Part shown: piece by piece, positions 58,801 through 64,000 of the stretch | Numbering within the stretch: position 1 is the stretch's first letter | How the letters are laid out: the number at the start of each line of letters is the position of its first letter | Virus record (IMG/VR): IMGVR_UViG_3300044800_000286 | Reading direction: 5' to 3' (one strand) | DNA from: a virus | Length of the DNA stretch: 64,000 nucleotides | The notes under the pieces: generated by a model | What the model saw: the letters and a program-made list of their open reading frames with translations, nothing else | Told to the model about the DNA's origin: nothing | The model's database searches: none | Position numbers and translations under genes: made by a program

Positions 58801-60572
58801 CGCAGGGCACGGTCACGGCTTTGTCCGCCAACGCAGTCACGATTGATACTGGCATGGACGTTCCGCTCGATCCGAACGGGAATCCAATCGACGTTCTCTC
58901 CGTGCGGAGCGCTGACCTGTCCACCCTGTACAAGGTGGGTGTCGATTACAAGATCGTACCAGTGGCAGACCTCGCCCTCGGCACGTATCATACTTACGGC
59001 TTGCAGATTCTTGCTTCGTCCGTGTTAGTGACCAGTGTCAGCGCAACCGGCAGCACCGTTACTCTTGTGGCGAATAATGAGTTTGGTGCTGGGTCTTTAG
59101 TCAGCTTTAGCGGATTTGTTAATCCTAACAACCTATTTTTGAACAGTCAGACAAATGTGCCTGTGGCATCCGCCACTCCGACCCAATTTACTATTTCTTT
59201 GTCTACATCATCCTATCCGACAACCGCCGATAACGGACTAGCAACGGGCAGCGCCATACGGAACAGCCAATCGGTCGTCGTGGCGTACAACAAGTTCGCG
59301 CTGTACGAGCGTTTGACATATGTTGGTCAAACTCTCACTACTGTGCCTGAAACGCAAGTCCTGAACGGCACCTTGCCGACGACGCTGGACAATAACGGGT
59401 TCGTGAACAATGTGTGGTTGCCAGCAAGCTACAGCAGCAGCCAGGCATGGACGTATCCCGTGAACGATCCGTACCTCGCCCTCATTCTTGATGGGTGGGA
59501 CGGGTTGTACGGCGCGGACGGTGGGCTGGATGTCGCGGGCTCGGCTGGGCTGGTCGGCGCTCAAATTCCGTACGCCAGCCGCTACATCAAGGTCACGTAC
59601 AATAACGACGTGATTGACGTGGTGAAGAAAGAAGGCATTGACTTTACCCTGACGGTTGATCCTGTATCGGGGACGGCGACCATCGCCCGCATCCTCACGG
59701 GCACCATACCGGACGGGGGCACGGTGAATGTCAGCTACTTCTACGCTGAGCCGTTCGACTTTTCGACCCAGTACCCCGCCTACGTGCAGATATTGGTCAA
59801 CGAGCTTGCGGCGACGAAGCACGCCGCCGCGGACGTGCTCGTCAAGGCCATGACAGCCAACCCGGTGGACATCACCTTGGCCGTCACCTTGGATGCCAAT
59901 GCATCGCCCGAGGCGGTGGACTCGACCATCCGCACGGTGGCCAACATCGTGCTTGATAATGCGGAGACCACGCTGTACCAGTCGGAACTCATCGGCCAGA
60001 TACAGGCAATTACGGGCGTGCAGAGCGTTCAGATTCCGCTTATCAAGTGCGCCAAGAGCGACGGGTCGTATGACATCGGCGTCGTCATCCCGACCGGAAC
60101 ATCGTGGACGCCGCTGCGCAACGACCCGGCTTTCTCAGGCCTGACTGTTCCGCAAAATAGCTGGATCAGCACGTCGCAAGTGCTGCCGGACAGCACTGTG
60201 CCTTCCGGCGGAGAGGCAATCGCCGTCGTGGACTTCCTCTACGAGGGGCAGATTTTCCGCCGCGCCACATCCGTGCAGGATTTCCTCACGAACAGCATTC
60301 CCGCAGCCCACATCGCTTCCACGGCGACGCCGGGCTCCTTCTACATCATCGGCACTAACGACCGGATCAACTCAAGCACCCCGCTGGCGTCCGCCTACTG
60401 GCAGAAGGTCATGCTGGTCGTGCCACAAGATGTGGTGAATCCCGGCAATTTGTCGTATCTCTGCACCTATCAAGTGTTCAACGAGGGCGGAGCCAAGGAC
60501 GTGACGGTATCGTCTACTGAATATTTGTCGAACGGGCGTATCACAATCAACTACGTTACATCTGCGAGTTAG
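55893..60572 (+). CDS. baseplate J/gp6-like wedge protein with extra domains
   Basis: SEIRDIFIDP, G..GNV.AG.I, VTN....GTD.ESN..L..R, GCVDIY. Confidence 0.85.
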   Translation: MATTPQTLLSPLQLVTPVLPPSTTTMSVDSTVLPVTVLADAKTTRIELSLYNTTTPITTYTASSNGNIFTTSVAIDQTVLETAVQLIGRNYDPNAAWNPLTTYAASYRYADTNGNVQVAVQAGISGSLQPTWITNTPATITNIQLSSNTLTITSPGNTLTAGKQVYLTGLTNATFLNGLIVTVVTPGVAFTVTYIHADYLSAADTGTANAVTTDGGVLWANYGVIAITPTIQFTLLAYESGLAVAIAPPSGITAEKNQTDCILQWVTPDYPGFIGVRVMISTDRAGISPPYTQFGDLVTTVSNTEQTVINTVTNTAVNVPTAVITNVEISNGTLTVTAINSFVPGTVLVLTGLNNAVFLNDEIVTANTATGTQFTAHVVAQDYPSAPNTGTATSTISTNTVTSKQTVMAANFSSVDIPSSLINQDTFYALFSTVIQDTMGTNVLYESVQNGPLLCGFVNLRVVSPTDFVPALQRKEDIAGRLIGQIVRQIPTLDLSPRSEIRDIFIDPFSIECANMSVREWFARVSTSISAISQVDDTTGTGVSDPFQSSPYKQQIARAYGLSPQDTQTLINGQFVILGEQAGLIPLAASQSTGVLTFYTYQQPQSSFTVPQGAVVATVADANTPALNFVTQGQATVNISNLSSFYNSEYGWWAVSVPAQCSAMGSNGNVGAGTIRQVVSGVPSGLNVTNLVPAAYGTDNESNSHLAARIQARLVTGVDTGTRHGYLGTALSTPGIIGAQVVAAGDLEMIRDWDPIRQKHVFGCVDIYTRGTTLSQQDETAFFEYQNTGTYGQTSTYLPLLPVSGLKFQITGFSGLPYPLYDAVEIAVTRLGSTFYLGTERAQFDNVNGDVILNPNDMAYQYAGSTVTQARIPLLLNGTPATNQAAAAALTGAVGGTYAITMFARYESPFTLVPTLQPVLDIYSIVGQSDLTGMVPSSAIELIHTSDFLLDGGSNAAGDTVQVNIVSSPAQGTVTALSANAVTIDTGMDVPLDPNGNPIDVLSVRSADLSTLYKVGVDYKIVPVADLALGTYHTYGLQILASSVLVTSVSATGSTVTLVANNEFGAGSLVSFSGFVNPNNLFLNSQTNVPVASATPTQFTISLSTSSYPTTADNGLATGSAIRNSQSVVVAYNKFALYERLTYVGQTLTTVPETQVLNGTLPTTLDNNGFVNNVWLPASYSSSQAWTYPVNDPYLALILDGWDGLYGADGGLDVAGSAGLVGAQIPYASRYIKVTYNNDVIDVVKKEGIDFTLTVDPVSGTATIARILTGTIPDGGTVNVSYFYAEPFDFSTQYPAYVQILVNELAATKHAAADVLVKAMTANPVDITLAVTLDANASPEAVDSTIRTVANIVLDNAETTLYQSELIGQIQAITGVQSVQIPLIKCAKSDGSYDIGVVIPTGTSWTPLRNDPAFSGLTVPQNSWISTSQVLPDSTVPSGGEAIAVVDFLYEGQIFRRATSVQDFLTNSIPAAHIASTATPGSFYIIGTNDRINSSTPLASAYWQKVMLVVPQDVVNPGNLSYLCTYQVFNEGGAKDVTVSSTEYLSNGRITINYVTSAS

Positions 60573-60575
60573 CCT

Positions 60576-61268
60576 GTGTTGGACTACAAAATAACAAATA
60601 CGGTTAACAGCAAAGTGTACATCGGTCAAACTATGCAATCTATACAACAACGTTGGGGAGGCCATTATAGGTCTGCAAAAGCTGGCAATCATTCGCATCT
60701 TTCACACGCTATTCGTAAATACGGTCGAGAAAATTTCAGGATTGAAGTGCTTCATCAAGCCCAGACTCTTGACGAGTTGAATGCGATGGAAACCCACTTC
60801 ATTCTTTTGTATCAGTCCTATAAGCCAGAAAACGGATACAATATGACACTGGGTGGCGAAGATAATATCATGCGGTATCGTACGGGAAAGAAAAACCATA
60901 TGTACGGCCGTGCTGGTTTTGGAGGCAAAAAGCACTCTAAGGAGACGAAAAAACTACAAAGCGTAGCGCAGATGGGCAGACCAAAATCGATAGCACATCG
61001 AACTAGTTTGAGTAGGGCAGCGAAGAAAAGGTTTCAAACCCCGGAAGGGCGACTTTTCAGAGAAAAATTGCGGACGCTCACTTCAGTTCGTTTCAAAGGC
61101 AAGCCCAAACCCAGAGCATACAGCTTGAGAATGGCAGCGTACAACCGAACTAGGATTAGCCCACTGATTGGGCGGATTTGGGCAACTAGTCCTGAGGGTG
61201 TAAGCAAGCTAATATACCCCAACAAAATAAGCAAAAATTGGACTCGGGGGCGAGTTAACCATGGTTAA
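60576..61268 (+). CDS. GIY-YIG/NUMOD3 homing endonuclease
   Basis: YKITN..VYIGQT...RW..H, AIRKYG..NF, GYNMT.GG, KHSKETK. Confidence 0.9.
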   Translation: MLDYKITNTVNSKVYIGQTMQSIQQRWGGHYRSAKAGNHSHLSHAIRKYGRENFRIEVLHQAQTLDELNAMETHFILLYQSYKPENGYNMTLGGEDNIMRYRTGKKNHMYGRAGFGGKKHSKETKKLQSVAQMGRPKSIAHRTSLSRAAKKRFQTPEGRLFREKLRTLTSVRFKGKPKPRAYSLRMAAYNRTRISPLIGRIWATSPEGVSKLIYPNKISKNWTRGRVNHG

Positions 61269-63318
61269 CAATAAAATCTCTCCCGACCAACTGTACTTGA
61301 AAAGCCGCGAGCAACTTTTGCAATACGAAGATGCCCGGATGAACTCGCTGATTCAGGGCATGGCGAACTATTATACAACAAGAAACGATCAATCAATTTG
61401 GGGGAACTTCCTCCGCGCCCTCGCGCAGGAACTCGGAAAGCTCGACTACTATTATTCCTATGACATCGTCAACAAGAACCCGAGCTATCTGACGCCGCCC
61501 GACATCCGCCGCCGCTGGAACGATCCGCTTTACATCAGTTCCAACTGGCCGAGCAAGACGCAATTCGACACCGACTTCAAGACGATGCTGATCGAATTGA
61601 TCTCGGCATACCGCGAGGGCTCCACGGCCAAGGGCATACAGGACGTGATCCATGCCTACACGGGCATCAACATACAGGTGCAGGAGCTTTACAAGGAGAT
61701 CGGCAACGGAGTTTACGACCAGTCCGACCGCAACGCCATCAAGGTCAGCGTCAGCGTGGGCAACAACTCGCTCAGCGAGATCGCCACGCTCACCCAGCTT
61801 CAGCAGATCGTGGAGAGCCTCTACGGCGCAATCGACCTTGCCAAGCCAGCCCACGTCGGGCTGGAATTCACCACGATATTCGGCGAAGACGAGGACATCG
61901 ACTGCTTCATCAGCCCGGCGTACGTCACGCAACAGCAGTACATCACCCTCACCCCGACGCAGCAGTCGCTATATTCCCTGACGGGATACGTGCTCGTCAA
62001 TCCTCCGGTCTTCTGGCAGGCGAGCACGCCCACCTCGAACCCGTTCAACCTGTACACGTTCCTGCGGGACACCAACGGCAACCTCCAGATGGTGACGACG
62101 GCGGGAAAGCCTGGCACGGTTGAACCGGTGTGGAATACAGCATCCGATGGCGAGACTGTTGACAGTATAAGCAGCCCCCCCATCGCCAACCCCATCACAT
62201 GGACCAACATTTCCCCCGCGGTGACCAACCTTGTTGTAAATGCAGCGTCGTTAAGCCCAGCCATACCAACCACGGTTACTGTGACTTTCGCTCCGAAGTA
62301 TGCGCCGACATTTACTATCTTGCAGCAGGTCAAGCTCATCGGTTTGACCGATCCGAACTTCACGTTCCTGAACGGCGTGCAGCTTAGCGTCCTGACTTCC
62401 ACATCCACGACTTTCACCGCCGCCCTCGGTTTTACGCACGCCCCCACGGCTTCCGTGGCACAGTTGGCGGGCACAGTGGGCTACTTGCCTTCCGCTTCCA
62501 TCAACCTCTTAACCTATAGCGACCTTCCGTCCGTGTTGCAACCGCTCTACCAGCAGCAGTACACGAACACAAACTGCTCGTCAAGCGGGATCGAGGACAC
62601 ATTGCGCATATTCATCCGACTGGTTGAAGAGCCTCCGGAAACCCCGATGCTCATCCAAGCCCCCGTGCTTGACCCGACCAACCCCACCACGACGGTCACG
62701 GCTTGGGGCGAGGTGTTGTCCCCGGCCCTTTCGGTGCATGACTGGGGTCTGTTGCCGACCATCACGTTCAACGTCATAAAGACAGTTGCAGACGGAATCA
62801 ATGCAACTTACACATTCGACAATTTGGCTGGGGGGCTTACCGTCGTCCCGCCGAATCTGGACCTGCACGAAGGCATGCGGGTCACCATCGTGGGCTGCAC
62901 GAACGGTTTGACAGGTTCGTCGCTACAGTCGCCGTTCAACACCACGGGCAAGATTCAAAACGTGACCAGCACCACGTTCCAAATCCCGTTGGCTCAGACG
63001 ATTGCTTTGGCGACAGAGACAGGCAGCGGCACGGTTACCCCGACATTACAGAGCGCCTATGCGCTTCAGGGCGGCCAATACGTCCTCTTGCAGGACGCTT
63101 CCTTGCCGCCACTCAGCGACCCGACGCTCAATCCGCCGACAAGGTGGATTGCGGTCATCGGCGTGGATAAGGCGACTAACACGCCGCTGAATCCCTATCC
63201 TTCGGGCGAAGTGGCGAACTGGGACATCACCCACCCGGCGGGGCTTGTTGCGCCCCGCTTGAGTCAAACATGGGAGATTTCTGGCGGAGATGAGTATTTC
63301 ATTTACGGGTTATCGTAG
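61261..63318 (+). CDS. baseplate wedge protein (gpI/gp7-like)
   Basis: GST..GI...I..YTG and KPAH motifs following the J-like gene. Confidence 0.75.
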   Translation: MVNNKISPDQLYLKSREQLLQYEDARMNSLIQGMANYYTTRNDQSIWGNFLRALAQELGKLDYYYSYDIVNKNPSYLTPPDIRRRWNDPLYISSNWPSKTQFDTDFKTMLIELISAYREGSTAKGIQDVIHAYTGINIQVQELYKEIGNGVYDQSDRNAIKVSVSVGNNSLSEIATLTQLQQIVESLYGAIDLAKPAHVGLEFTTIFGEDEDIDCFISPAYVTQQQYITLTPTQQSLYSLTGYVLVNPPVFWQASTPTSNPFNLYTFLRDTNGNLQMVTTAGKPGTVEPVWNTASDGETVDSISSPPIANPITWTNISPAVTNLVVNAASLSPAIPTTVTVTFAPKYAPTFTILQQVKLIGLTDPNFTFLNGVQLSVLTSTSTTFTAALGFTHAPTASVAQLAGTVGYLPSASINLLTYSDLPSVLQPLYQQQYTNTNCSSSGIEDTLRIFIRLVEEPPETPMLIQAPVLDPTNPTTTVTAWGEVLSPALSVHDWGLLPTITFNVIKTVADGINATYTFDNLAGGLTVVPPNLDLHEGMRVTIVGCTNGLTGSSLQSPFNTTGKIQNVTSTTFQIPLAQTIALATETGSGTVTPTLQSAYALQGGQYVLLQDASLPPLSDPTLNPPTRWIAVIGVDKATNTPLNPYPSGEVANWDITHPAGLVAPRLSQTWEISGGDEYFIYGLS

Positions 63319-63556
63319 TCAATAATCCCCAGCCCTAAAGGGCGGGGCTTGGTGAGTTCCACCGAGCACATTGACCAGACTAAGTTCTAACCAACTACGT
63401 TTCACAGGCCACGACACCCAAGAATGCTTGCCAGTTTTTGGCTCTGTCTTCAGCAATCATGCTCCTGAAAGATAAAGCAGGGAAGGTCGCTGATACACAA
63501 ACCTGAGAAACATTGTCGAGGCAAACTTTACCGGAGCAATCCGAGAGGACATTTAG
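63318..63556 (+). ncRNA. omega-RNA (HEARO-like) of IscB element
   Basis: GTCAA..CCC.GCCCTAAAGGGCGGGGCTTG...TTGACCAGACT..CTACGTT...CATTGTCGAGG upstream of IscB. Confidence 0.85.
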
Positions 63557-64000
63557 ATGTCAGTTTTTGTTTTAGCACAAGATAAGACGCCGCTCTCCTG
63601 CACTACACCGGCACGCGCACGCTTGCTGTTGAGTGCGGGAGACGCGGCTGTTTTTCGTCGCTATCCATTCACCATCATTCTTAAACGTCCACCTTCGGAC
63701 GGAGTCATTCAGCCCTTGCGGTTGAAGCTTGACCCCGGCTCAAAGGTCACAGGCATTGCGTTGGTCAACAACGCTGGCTTGGTTGTCTCTCGTGCAGAGT
63801 TGCAGCACCGAGGACAGGAAATAAAGAACTCGTTGGAATCTCGTGCCGCACTTCGCAGAGGGCGGCGCAATCGCAAGACACGGTATCGGCAAGCACGCTT
63901 TCTCAACCGCACCAAACCCGAGGGCTGGCTTGCCCCGTCATTGATGCACCGCGTGCTCACCACCACGACTTGGGTTAATCGGTTTCGCCGCTTGGCTCCT
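63557..64000 (+). CDS. iscB: IscB RNA-guided endonuclease (RRXRR), truncated by window end
   Basis: MSVFVL..PL..T..RAR.LL, PFTI.L, LDPGSK RuvC-I, RRGRR..R.R.ARFLNR, GWLAPS. Confidence 0.92.
   Translation, partial: MSVFVLAQDKTPLSCTTPARARLLLSAGDAAVFRRYPFTIILKRPPSDGVIQPLRLKLDPGSKVTGIALVNNAGLVVSRAELQHRGQEIKNSLESRAALRRGRRNRKTRYRQARFLNRTKPEGWLAPSLMHRVLTTTTWVNRFRRLAP

Larger units (their letters stand above)
63318..64000 (+). mobile_element. IS200/IS605-family OMEGA (IscB) element
   Basis: omega-RNA plus iscB inserted at the stop codon of the upstream gene. Confidence 0.85.

Noticed and set aside
16412-61268. Group I introns housing the endonucleases
   Set aside because: The endonuclease ORFs mostly abut or overlap the flanking genes, leaving no room for intron cores, and the flanking genes look complete.
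1-64000. CRISPR array, DGR or retron
   Set aside because: No regularly spaced repeats, reverse transcriptase or TR/VR pair were seen by eye.

Overview
This is a 64-kb segment of a large, jumbo-like contractile-tailed phage genome. The host may be Acidobacteria-like, which is a weak inference from the CspA sequence. The left ~16 kb is mostly on the minus strand. It holds a tRNA array (8 complete CCA-encoded tRNAs) with an embedded RNase P RNA, two tRNA-like and one further structured ncRNA candidate, an Smr protein, CspA, small hypotheticals, a MazG-like protein, class II RNR (NrdJ) and a replication module (primase-helicase, initiator, DnaC-like loader). The right ~48 kb is a plus-strand tail/baseplate operon: tape measure, SLT, hub, spike, wedge/J-like proteins, Ig-repeat protein and a Hint-domain protein followed by a glycosyltransferase. 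It is interspersed with about a dozen intact, broken or vestigial homing endonuclease genes and ends in an IscB/omega-RNA element. The most notable observation is a 41-codon leader peptide with terminator/antiterminator upstream of the tRNA array. Its codons (mostly GNN, plus Cys) match the amino acids of the downstream tRNAs, suggesting a tRNA-depletion-sensing attenuator.
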